This document shows positions 22,630 to 31,283 of a stretch of DNA of 64,000 nucleotides, piece after piece; positions within the stretch are counted from its first letter, which is position 1; each line of letters opens with the position of its first letter. The stretch is taken from assembly GCA_011364965.1 (NCBI GenBank), contig RDOB01000005.1, positions 147,210-211,209 on the forward strand, in the 5' to 3' direction. Source of the DNA: Candidatus Heimdallarchaeota archaeon. Its GTDB lineage: Archaea; Asgardarchaeota; Heimdallarchaeia; Hodarchaeales; Hodarchaeaceae. The position numbers and the translations under genes were made by a program. The notes beneath the pieces are model-generated. The model was not told the DNA's origin, did not search any database, and saw only the letters and a list, made by a program, of their open reading frames with translations.

Positions 22630-22830
22630 AATCCCCATTAAAGTCGTTTTCTAGTCTATTTCAACTTGATTCAAAGAATAATTGGTTTTGTCAATTTCAT
22701 AAACAAATATCCTTAAGAGAATAAATTCAGGAATTTAAAGTCTAGCTAGTATCCGAAAGTTCCATAGTCGGTAATAGTTCTCTATTCGCTAAAATTACTT
22801 TAAAATTATCCGATATTAAGGTAGAAGAAG

Positions 22831-23286
22831 CTAATAATCTTCTGGATAATTCCAAAAACATTTTTCACATTGAATAGGAGTATTTTCAAGATTCCAGCAG
22901 TTAGTGCAGCTGCGTTCGGGCTCTTTTTCAGGTGCATGGTGTTTAAGCCGCGCGTTACCCAGTTGTTTGAGCTTGGATTTACGAGGTGTACAATCTCCCT
23001 TGGAATGATAATATAGATATTTAGGTAGAGAAGGAGAAGCATCGGGCTTGGGTAATACAATAAAATTGATCTCTGTAATCCGAAAATGACAGGTGTGTCA
23101 GATTAAACGGGTATGGGAAAAATCTGTGGCAAAATCTTCTTCCTGCCAATTTCTGAAGAACTCCAGCCCAAATTTTTTATGCTGTCTGGTTGCTTTAGGA
23201 AGAATAGCTTCTTCTATTTCCTCTGTATCTTCAGGTTGGTTCGATCTATTAAATTCCTCAATATCTTTCTTTTCTTTACTTATCAT
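22831..23286 (-). pseudogene. Zn-finger protein (151 codons) with an in-frame TGA at a Cys position; pseudogene or Sec candidate
   Basis: Reading through TGA 23100-23098 gives RLI*HTCHFRI...YYHSKGDC...CTNCWNLENTPIQCEKCFWNYPEDY; SD-like GGGAGGGAG upstream. Confidence 0.65.
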
Positions 23287-23526
23287 TTTCCTTCTATCTC
23301 CCTCCCTGTTTGGAGATTTCCTCTTAATGCCATTCGGAGTATTTTTGAATTAGAGTTATGGAGAATTAATAAAAAGTTGAATGTGATAAACATTCGACTT
23401 TATATTTATAGAGATCATCCGAATTACAGTACTAATCTAGGGGATAATGTTTCTTAGATATTTAATGCGATATGCAGGTCAAAATATTTACAATAAGGGA
23501 TATATAGAACAGGGAAGCATAACATC

Positions 23527-24396
23527 TTAGAAATTATCATAATCAAAAAAGAGGGGTAATATGATATGAATCCTATTGGGTAGGATCCAGGAACGGAAGT
23601 TGAAGAAAGCTGACACATATACAAGATATTCATAAATAAGCTGGTACCCGGTTCTTTGTGACAGATCTTCTGAGTCATTTAGGAAAAAAGAAACTGAGAC
23701 AGAAAAGGGATTAAACATCTCCACTTCAATTTTAATAGGCTGAGAGCACCAATATAGGAGTGTTCGAAAGAAATTTGTTAGAAAATGGGAATTTCCCCAG
23801 ATAACAGGGTCATTAAGTTGTCCATGGTTCATTTCCAATTTATTAAGAATATTAATTGTTGTATGTGAACGATCACCGATATAAAAACTCGCTTCCCGAA
23901 GAATAGAAGATAAAGAAGTAAGCTGAATCTTCTGTGTTGTTCCCAATAACTGAAGCAAATCCGAGGCAACGATTGTAGCTAACTCTTGTCGTTTTAAAGC
24001 GTTAAATATCTTATCTTCAAGAGCTGAGTTCCTAAATGGAATTCTTTTTCCTAGATTCAGAATTAGACTTGATGTGCGGAGTTCATGAATACACCTTTCC
24101 ATCCAAACAGATGTTGTAAAAGCTTTATCAGGGAAGAACTGTATTATTTTATGGGAGTTCCCCTCAATGTTCGAAGAGACAAAAAGCTCTCCACTTCTAA
24201 CATCCGGTAGAGAAAAATTCTGAGTCGATGGATGTAATTTGAATAAGTTTGCTAATGTTTGGGAAAAATATTCAATCTGGTTTTTTTCAAGAGAGATGAC
24301 CAAAAAGGCGCTAAAAGGAATTTTGAACGGGTCCTCACAGTAATTTCTTCGAGTGAGTGGATTTCTCGTTATTATTTTTTCAAAACTGGGTTCCAT
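23527..24396 (-). CDS. PAS-like plus HisKA pseudo-histidine kinase
   Basis: PFSAFLVISLEKNQIEYFSQ (PAS-like); H-box IHELRT; IWGNSHFLTNFFRTLL at the N-box position without the conserved Asn; no G boxes. Confidence 0.6.
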   Translation of the reverse strand: MEPSFEKIITRNPLTRRNYCEDPFKIPFSAFLVISLEKNQIEYFSQTLANLFKLHPSTQNFSLPDVRSGELFVSSNIEGNSHKIIQFFPDKAFTTSVWMERCIHELRTSSLILNLGKRIPFRNSALEDKIFNALKRQELATIVASDLLQLLGTTQKIQLTSLSSILREASFYIGDRSHTTINILNKLEMNHGQLNDPVIWGNSHFLTNFFRTLLYWCSQPIKIEVEMFNPFSVSVSFFLNDSEDLSQRTGYQLIYEYLVYVSAFFNFRSWILPNRIHIILPLFFDYDNF

Positions 24397-24700
24397 TTTC
24401 TACACATAGCATTTTCTTAAGATGTTCCTGCAATTTCTTAAAGATATGTGGATGACTATTACATTTTATCTCAATTAAAGGATCTATCGTCCTAGAGCTT
24501 AAAAGAAAGAATTCTGATTCGATATCTAGGTTAAGGGAATTCAAAAACCATGAAAGCAGAACCCTTCTAGAATTAGAATCATCCTCATCCCTGAGCTTTA
24601 AGACCACACGATCTTCTCCAAAATAAAAATCCTTAAACAGGTAAATTGATAGGAAAAAAAGAAGAAGGGACTCTATTCTAGTATCTTTTTCACAAGTCAA
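24380..24700 (-). CDS. Hypothetical protein, possibly an eroded HATPase-like fold
   Basis: Overlaps the next gene; RVVLKLRD and LNSLNLDIES loosely match the HATPase strand pattern. Confidence 0.5.
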   Translation of the reverse strand: MTCEKDTRIESLLLFFLSIYLFKDFYFGEDRVVLKLRDEDDSNSRRVLLSWFLNSLNLDIESEFFLLSSRTIDPLIEIKCNSHPHIFKKLQEHLKKMLCVENGTQF

Positions 24701-24723
24701 GATCTTATCCTCTGATTAACTTG

Positions 24724-24870
24724 TTAAAATCCAGGTGGAGGAGGTGAATTTGGTGGTGCTGTACCTGTGATAACTTGGATACTAAAAAGAGTCGCCAGAA
24801 GCAACAAGGGAATTATTTTGATGATATAACTCTTACTAGGTTTTCTTAACATTCTCAAATGTCTTCTCAT
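24724..24870 (-). CDS. 48-aa putative secreted peptide precursor MRRHLRMLRKPSKSYIIKIIPLLLLATLFSIQVITGTAPPNSPPPPGF
   Basis: Manual translation from ATG 24870 to TAA 24724; basic n-region, hydrophobic h-region, Pro-rich tail; GGTG 9 nt upstream; 23 nt before the next gene. Confidence 0.7.
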   Translation of the reverse strand: MRRHLRMLRKPSKSYIIKIIPLLLLATLFSIQVITGTAPPNSPPPPGF

Positions 24871-24886
24871 GGGATTTTACACCAGC

Positions 24887-25004
24887 CCACCTAAGTATTC
24901 ATCATTCACTTTAATTCCAAGCAGGATCTTTTATCCCATTTTTTATAAAGAAATGAGCATTCTTGATAAATCTTATACGTTAAAATGTTATTTAATGTAG
25001 GTGG
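24887..25004. promoter_or_regulatory. Divergent promoter region with central palindromic TTTATAAA
   Basis: TTTATAAA at 24942-24949; CCACCTA (24887-24893) and TAGGTGG (24998-25004) share the same centre. Confidence 0.45.
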
Positions 25005-25018
25005 ATGGAAACTAGAAA

Positions 25019-26512
25019 ATGGAAGAGCTGGGGAAGCAAAAATATGTGAATGAGGAAATTTTATCTGTAAAATTTCCCTCCCAAGCAACCCCGATTGAGA
25101 AGGAATTTTTTTCCAGCTTAACAAGATATTACGAAAAAATAAAAATTAATTGTAAAGAATCAAAATCGGTACCTAAAATCTGCAACAATTTATATGAAAA
25201 GGATACTGTACCATTTCTCAATAGGTGGCACGAGCATTTTTCCTTTCTTCAACCGAGCCCAACCTATTCTGGTTGGCCTTACTATTCTTTCGAATTACAC
25301 CTACCAGATAAAGTAGTCCTAATACCCCATAGAGCGGTTGTTTATGAATTTATCAATCCTGATAATGTAATAAAAACCAAAATATCCAATCTTAGAAATA
25401 TTTCGGAATTTGTACAATTGTTCAACCGCTTTTATACAAATATAAGTGTCAATTTAAATTTAAATGATCTCAAAATTATCAAAGGGCTTACATCCAAACG
25501 TTTTTTACAAAGTAGTTCTCGATTTCCGACTAATGAGAAGATGGCGAAATTATGTGGATGTACCCGTCAAACGTTTACCAGAAGATTCGACGTTCTAACA
25601 ACTGGTCTCTCCGTCATTTATCTAAATTGTAGAATTGATGTTGGTAGACTCGGTTACGAAACATTTAACTCTATACTTCCTTTAAACCAATTTGAAAAAG
25701 TCAGGGAAGAGTGCGAAAAATATTGTCTAGCTGTAATACCAATTAATACATTTTCAAATATCTCACATACCGAATCATATTATCTTATTATAAGCCAAAT
25801 TCCAATTCATCGAAATGATTCTTATTCGATTCTCTCAAATGGGGCACATGGATCATTTCATCAGCGATTATCACAAGCTTATATTGGATGGAATCTCAAA
25901 ACGATCCATCCAGACTCTAATCTTCGGTGGAAAGTTCTTCCACCGATTCTTTCGACACAAACTTGGACAGACCATATAATATCCGAAAATAATGGGATTT
26001 TTTATGATTTAAACCCTCAAGAGTATAATCCATCTTTGACTTCAAGCGAAATTAAATTATTGAGCTATTTTGAAAAATATGGCTTCGTTCAAGATAAGAA
26101 ACTCGCCACCACGCTAGGATTATCATTAAAGACTATTCAGAATACATGGAGACGATTGAGCCAACGCAAACTGTTTCATCGATTTTCATTTATTTCTAAT
26201 ATTGGCTTAGACTTTAAACCGTGGATCACCATAATCGGAAAACAAGAATCACATTCCCCTCAACTCATTGAGAATATTGTAGAACATCTGAAATTCTTCC
26301 CATTCTGTTTTTTATTCTTTGAAACTGGAAACCGCGAGAATTCTCATCCAATAATAACAGGAGTGCTTCATATGCCTCCAGCATGGGTGGATGACTTCTT
26401 TTTTAAAATTTCACTACTTTCAGAATTGCAATTCGATGTAAACGTCAATTTTGCCCATAATCGGATAATAAAACAGAACATCAATCTCGAAGAAACTTAT
26501 AATAAAAAATAA
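25019..26512 (+). CDS. Large transcription regulator with two HTH/Lrp-AsnC-like modules
   Basis: HTH1 PTNEKMAKLCGCTRQTFTRRF plus DVGRLG linker; HTH2 QDKKLATTLGLSLKTIQNTWRRL plus NIGL. Confidence 0.7.
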   Translation: MEELGKQKYVNEEILSVKFPSQATPIEKEFFSSLTRYYEKIKINCKESKSVPKICNNLYEKDTVPFLNRWHEHFSFLQPSPTYSGWPYYSFELHLPDKVVLIPHRAVVYEFINPDNVIKTKISNLRNISEFVQLFNRFYTNISVNLNLNDLKIIKGLTSKRFLQSSSRFPTNEKMAKLCGCTRQTFTRRFDVLTTGLSVIYLNCRIDVGRLGYETFNSILPLNQFEKVREECEKYCLAVIPINTFSNISHTESYYLIISQIPIHRNDSYSILSNGAHGSFHQRLSQAYIGWNLKTIHPDSNLRWKVLPPILSTQTWTDHIISENNGIFYDLNPQEYNPSLTSSEIKLLSYFEKYGFVQDKKLATTLGLSLKTIQNTWRRLSQRKLFHRFSFISNIGLDFKPWITIIGKQESHSPQLIENIVEHLKFFPFCFLFFETGNRENSHPIITGVLHMPPAWVDDFFFKISLLSELQFDVNVNFAHNRIIKQNINLEETYNKK

Positions 26513-26524
26513 CGGAAAAAAGAA

Positions 26525-27613
26525 TCATTCAGTCTTAAAAAAGGTTGAAATCTTCGCTAATCCTTCACTAACTTGAGATAATTCTTGAGCATTCCTAGAT
26601 ATTTGTGTAATGGAAGCGGTTTGTTCTTCTGTTGATGCAACAACTTCTTCGGTAGATGCAGAGTACTCCTCAGATTGAGTAGCAAAATTTTGGAACGTTT
26701 CACTTACCATTCCTATTGTGGAACTCAAGTGCGCAAGTAAATTTGTAAATTTCATCTGTGTTTCTTGGGAGTTATGTTTTGATTCTTCAGCTAATCTCCG
26801 AACATTATCTGCCACTACAGAGAATCCTTTTCCATGCTCACCAGCTCGTGCAGCTTCAATGGAAGTATTCAATGCAAGGATATTGGTATTATGAGCAATA
26901 TCTTCAATGATTTGAAGAGAAGATTCAATCTCCTTTCTTGCCAAATTAAATACTTTGAGCAGATTCTCGATATCCTTGATCCCCGCTATGGCTGATTCTG
27001 ACTGTATATTCGCTCCTTCACTAATATTTTGTATAGTTGCTGTAACTTCTTCTGATATGGCAGTAAGTTCCTCGGAAGTTGTAGCTAGATCGTCAGCCAA
27101 CGTATTTGCTAATTGGGCTGATTTCTTAATTATTCCAATATTTGATTTCAGATTTTCGGTCATTATATGAAAAGATGAGGCCAATTCACCAAGTTCATCT
27201 TTCCGTTGCTGAAGGTCATTACTAATTTTAATTGTTAAATTTCCTTTAGCAATGGATTCTGTGGCTATAAAAGTAACAGATTTAAGGGGAATGACCAAAC
27301 TGCGGTATAAATAAGAAGCGATAGTAGCAATGATGATAAAAGTAATCAGTAAAAGTAAACACATCATCACAATATAAAGAAAAGAGGAATCCCCCCAGAT
27401 AGATTTGGCACGGACAAGAATCCCTGTAGCTAACCCCGTATAAACAACCAAGGTTGTCATAGTTATCACAAGCTGTAATACTATCGAATTTCGGGCTTTC
27501 CAAACCCCGACGCCGATAACAAGCCCTCCACTAATCAACATAATACTAACATCGAAAAACATTTCTTGAGCAATTTGTAACAGTCCATTTGAAAGCGATT
27601 GAACGTAAAACAT
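26525..27613 (-). CDS. Methyl-accepting chemotaxis protein with 3-TM membrane sensor, HAMP and short MA domain
   Basis: [35 protein letters not shown]; [14 protein letters not shown]; no extracellular domain. Confidence 0.92.
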   Translation of the reverse strand: MFYVQSLSNGLLQIAQEMFFDVSIMLISGGLVIGVGVWKARNSIVLQLVITMTTLVVYTGLATGILVRAKSIWGDSSFLYIVMMCLLLLITFIIIATIASYLYRSLVIPLKSVTFIATESIAKGNLTIKISNDLQQRKDELGELASSFHIMTENLKSNIGIIKKSAQLANTLADDLATTSEELTAISEEVTATIQNISEGANIQSESAIAGIKDIENLLKVFNLARKEIESSLQIIEDIAHNTNILALNTSIEAARAGEHGKGFSVVADNVRRLAEESKHNSQETQMKFTNLLAHLSSTIGMVSETFQNFATQSEEYSASTEEVVASTEEQTASITQISRNAQELSQVSEGLAKISTFFKTE

Positions 27614-27625
27614 CTTTGAAACACC

Positions 27626-29407
27626 TTAATTTTGTAACTTTAAATTTTCTAGCAATTCTATTCCTTTAGGTTCATGACTGAATAAAAAACAGGCCATTGA
27701 AAGATAGATGAATATCGGACCATGAGCTAAATCATTGTAACGAATAGGTCGAGGTCCAGTTCCTTCAGGAAAACTTTTCATTTGACCTTTAGTTAAGTAC
27801 TGGAGCCATAAAAGACTTTTTTCAAATAATGGATTTGAAGGATCTAATAAAGCCCAGATAATTGCTGCATAGCAAGTAGATTGTTGTTCACTTTTAGAGG
27901 AAATGTGTAATTTTGGCGAATAACCTCCATCAGTGTTAACGCTAGTCATTAAGCAATCTAATATTCTGGTTTTGAGTATAGTAGTTTGAGCTTCAAAGGA
28001 TGTTCCTTTTGTGAAAGGTGATACTTGAACAAGGTAGATTGCTATCGCAATTTGTGAGAGAGGGTAAATGTCACTAAAGGAATAAGCACAATATTTAAAG
28101 CTCCCATCCTCCTCTTGTGACTCTAGAAGATTAAGAAAAGCAGAGTTAATCATTTTAATCCTCATTTCTTCATTTATGAGAGTAGGAGGTAAAAGAGCAT
28201 ATAACATTACTAATCGGGCGGTCATCTCGGCAAGAGTTTCCGTAGAATGAAGATACATCGAAGATCCACCATCATCCCTACTGGTACGTCTAATAAATTT
28301 AAGTCCTCGATTTATCGCTTTCATTATCTCCTCTTTAGTATGATAATATGGTAGAAGCGTCAACATAACAAATATTGTAGTATCTACGTCACTTAATAGC
28401 ATCTGGGGTTGTAGTGGCCAACCTCCATCCTCATTCTGGGAAGTTAGGAGAGAGATTATTGTAGAAAAAGGAGGTTGATTTCCCTCGAAAAGCCATTTAA
28501 AAAAGAAGAAAAGGGAGGAGTTATATAATTTCATTGAATTGAGAACTGATAATCCCCCTTCTTTTCTACTAAGGTATACTTCGGATTTATGAATCCCATG
28601 CTGTATTAAATCAGGATATTTTGTAGAGAGAGCAAAATATTTTACAGTATGTAGAACCAAGAGAGTAAGAAATTGATTTTTTTGCCAAGTACCATCATTA
28701 GATTGTAATTCAAAGAGATCCCGTAAGTAATTAGACTGGATCAAAGAAGAATCATTATTTTGCTTTCCTACTATAAGCAGAAAGAGATAATAGTATACTC
28801 TCCTCCAGACATCAATTTCTTCAAGATTGACTCCAGATACGTTTAATTTTGCTGAAATAGACGTTAAAAAGGAATAAATTCTTTCTTTAACCTGATCATC
28901 TGGACTAGTATATAAAGCGAGTAAGTTGAAAGATAGAATTTTACGAAAATATCGCTTTAAATCACCCTCTTCTGCATCTGTTTTAAATAAATCCGCTAAA
29001 ATTGAATTATATTCACTAATCCAGGCATCAACTTTTCTACTTAGGGAATCGCTAGTAAAATTCTCTGAACAAATATAATAGAGATTAAATAAAGAATTTT
29101 GCAGATGTTGATCAAGGAAAGAAAGGATTGAAGGATTATTAGTTTGTCTAGCAATTTGAATTAAGGTTTCCTCGGAAATGGTTGCTTTTTCGGGAGTATA
29201 AAGAGTGAAATATGATGCTAGTAAGAGGGACTCAAGCAAACGTGCTTCATATCCAAATTCGACAAAACTACTACTTTTTTCAATATGTGAATGGATTAGC
29301 TGACTAGCGCGATCTAATATCTGTTTGAAAAGCTGTATGAATGGTTGATCAAATAACTCCTCAGGCTTCGGTCTTTTATCAGGTTGGTCTGAGATTTGGA
29401 ACTCCAA
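27626..29407 (-). CDS. Class II terpene cyclase-like (prenyltransferase/squalene-oxidase repeat) protein
   Basis: QW-type repeats LQSNDGTW, SQNEDGGW, SRDDGG, SQEEDGSF, SVNTDGGY; general-acid motif DVDTT (28390-28376); RLLESLLL and GPRPIRY segments. Confidence 0.75.
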   Translation of the reverse strand: MEFQISDQPDKRPKPEELFDQPFIQLFKQILDRASQLIHSHIEKSSSFVEFGYEARLLESLLLASYFTLYTPEKATISEETLIQIARQTNNPSILSFLDQHLQNSLFNLYYICSENFTSDSLSRKVDAWISEYNSILADLFKTDAEEGDLKRYFRKILSFNLLALYTSPDDQVKERIYSFLTSISAKLNVSGVNLEEIDVWRRVYYYLFLLIVGKQNNDSSLIQSNYLRDLFELQSNDGTWQKNQFLTLLVLHTVKYFALSTKYPDLIQHGIHKSEVYLSRKEGGLSVLNSMKLYNSSLFFFFKWLFEGNQPPFSTIISLLTSQNEDGGWPLQPQMLLSDVDTTIFVMLTLLPYYHTKEEIMKAINRGLKFIRRTSRDDGGSSMYLHSTETLAEMTARLVMLYALLPPTLINEEMRIKMINSAFLNLLESQEEDGSFKYCAYSFSDIYPLSQIAIAIYLVQVSPFTKGTSFEAQTTILKTRILDCLMTSVNTDGGYSPKLHISSKSEQQSTCYAAIIWALLDPSNPLFEKSLLWLQYLTKGQMKSFPEGTGPRPIRYNDLAHGPIFIYLSMACFLFSHEPKGIELLENLKLQN

Positions 29408-29723
29408 TTATAAGTCACTACTCAATTATGAAGAATATTTACAATGAAATTAATATAAGTAAGAGACGAAATTACTTGATAAATTTCATTAAAAGACTTC
29501 TTATTCAATATAGGACTATTATTTTTTGCTCAAAAATGAAAAAATTTTGATCATCTCGAATTTAAATGACTTAAATTTTAATTAAACTTAAAAATTTAAA
29601 TGAAATTGAGTAAATATTCATAATATTACATGATAAGCTGTTTTAAAGGCATTGCATAATATAATGCCTGAACAAAATTAATATTTTTGGAGGCAATAAA
29701 ATTAGAAGACTTAAGATATTCAA

Positions 29724-29747
29724 TTACTAGAAATTACTAGTTACTAG
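29724..29747. repeat. Three copies of TTACTAG
   Basis: 29724-30, 29734-40, 29741-47. Confidence 0.6.
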
Positions 29748-29821
29748 ATGCAATGTTCATCTTTAAAATTGAAGTCGCTAAAAATAACTGTGGTTTCTTT
29801 GGGACAACAGAATGTGGGGAA

Positions 29822-30334
29822 TTACCCCTTCATTAGCTTCTGTAGCTTCTGGAGACATTTCGGGCAAAATTTGCTATTTTTCTGTTTAGCTTCCCACACA
29901 CTATTAGAGAAGGTCATTACGCAGGGAAGGATGCAGTGACTCAACCCGAAGACATGGCCTAGTTCATGGATTACCTCCTTTTGGACAAAGTCAGGATTAT
30001 TTTCAAGTCTTGCAACAGAGACCACAGCACCTAGTCCATCAGAGGCGATACCAAAGACAAAATTCATATAGGGGACAAAAAGATCGTGAAAAACTAGCAA
30101 TACAATGAGATTTAAACGAGAGCGGGAAGCTGCAAATTTCAAGAGACATTGGGCATTATATTGGGAGCGAGCTTCAACCCAGCAGGAACGTGGTAGCTGT
30201 TCGGCGATTAGGTGATTAATAGTTTGAAATGAAAAGATCTCCTTTAATGAAGGTTCAAGAGGTTCAATTAAAGATGAAATGATTAGTTGATCTACTAGGA
30301 GTACCAAGGTTCTAAAATTTCGATACATTAACAT
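29822..30334 (-). CDS. amzA: Archaemetzincin (peptidase M54)
   Basis: HELGHVFGLSHC...CVMTFSNS...FCPKC; probable start ATG 30334. Confidence 0.88.
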   Translation of the reverse strand: MLMYRNFRTLVLLVDQLIISSLIEPLEPSLKEIFSFQTINHLIAEQLPRSCWVEARSQYNAQCLLKFAASRSRLNLIVLLVFHDLFVPYMNFVFGIASDGLGAVVSVARLENNPDFVQKEVIHELGHVFGLSHCILPCVMTFSNSVWEAKQKNSKFCPKCLQKLQKLMKG

Positions 30335-30537
30335 ACCACATGAAACTGAAGTTTTTAATCTTTTACTCCGATTTCTCCCAAAAAACAATGAAATAATAAA
30401 TTAAATAAATAAAATGAAGCGTTAAAAGCTTATTTTGGTTTTGAAAAGGAAAGTTCACCGTAGTTAACTTTTTGATCAAATGCATTATAATTACCTTAAT
30501 CTGTATTATTATCGCAGAAGAATGAAGATGAAGAACG

Positions 30538-31095
30538 ATGAATTGGATAACAAAAATAGAGCTCGGGATTCTAAATGGCTGGATTTACTTTTCTATTTAT
30601 ATGATTATTTTTCTCCTAACTCTACGAACTTGTACTCCAGAAGTCCGAAAACGGTTGTATAATCGATCCTTTTGAACAAAAAAAACCAAAATTATCACTT
30701 GCATTGGAAAAGTGTTTTCTTTTTTAAATATTATCATGGTCATATTTGGTGTGTTGGTAGTTGGAACTCTAGAACTCATTTTAGGAACTATTCTCTGTAT
30801 AGCTGGTTTAAGCTTGCTGGTTGTTGGACTTATACACTATCGGGACGCTTCATTAGACCAATCTGTCACCACAGGAATATACCAGTATTCTAGAAATCCA
30901 CAGGTAATTGGTATATACCTTCTATTCTTAAGCATGATTTTAACAATCGGATCGGGGATCAATCTGATATTTTGGAGCATATCAACCGTCTGTGCCCACT
31001 TCAGTATTTTAGGCGAAGAATATTCACTAGAACAACAATATGGCGAATCATACCTAGATTTCAAACGAAAAATACTCCATTATTTCTTTATTTAA
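30538..31095 (+). pseudogene. ICMT/PEMT-family methyltransferase with one in-frame TGA
   Basis: Frame from ATG 30538 reads ...RKRLYNRSF*TKKTK... (TGA 30673-30675), then TTGIYQYSRNP and EE..L...YG. Confidence 0.78.
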
Positions 31096-31283
31096 GCCCT
31101 AAATCTCAAGCTGCCTTCTTACTTATATAAAGGAGCGTTTTTGCCCTACAAGGAGTTCTAAGATTCTTAAATTGCCACAAGTTGAGACTTTTTAGAGAAT
31201 AGACAATAAGAAATACTTCAAAAAAAGGTATATTAATATCTTGAAAACAAGTTCACATATGTAAACTTTTCCGAGACTGTATC

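Noticed and set aside
22806-23060. Listed 84-aa ORF
   Set aside because: An alternative frame on the same strand encodes a coherent Zn-finger continuing ORF 23286.
24724-24735. Terminal PGF of the micropeptide as a PGF-CTERM signal
   Set aside because: PGF-CTERM needs a following TM helix and basic tail; here PGF is the extreme C-terminus.
27626-29407. Squalene-hopene or oxidosqualene cyclase call
   Set aside because: It lacks the exact DXDD or DCTAE context and other SHC/OSC hallmarks I can recognise; the substrate cannot be assigned from sequence.
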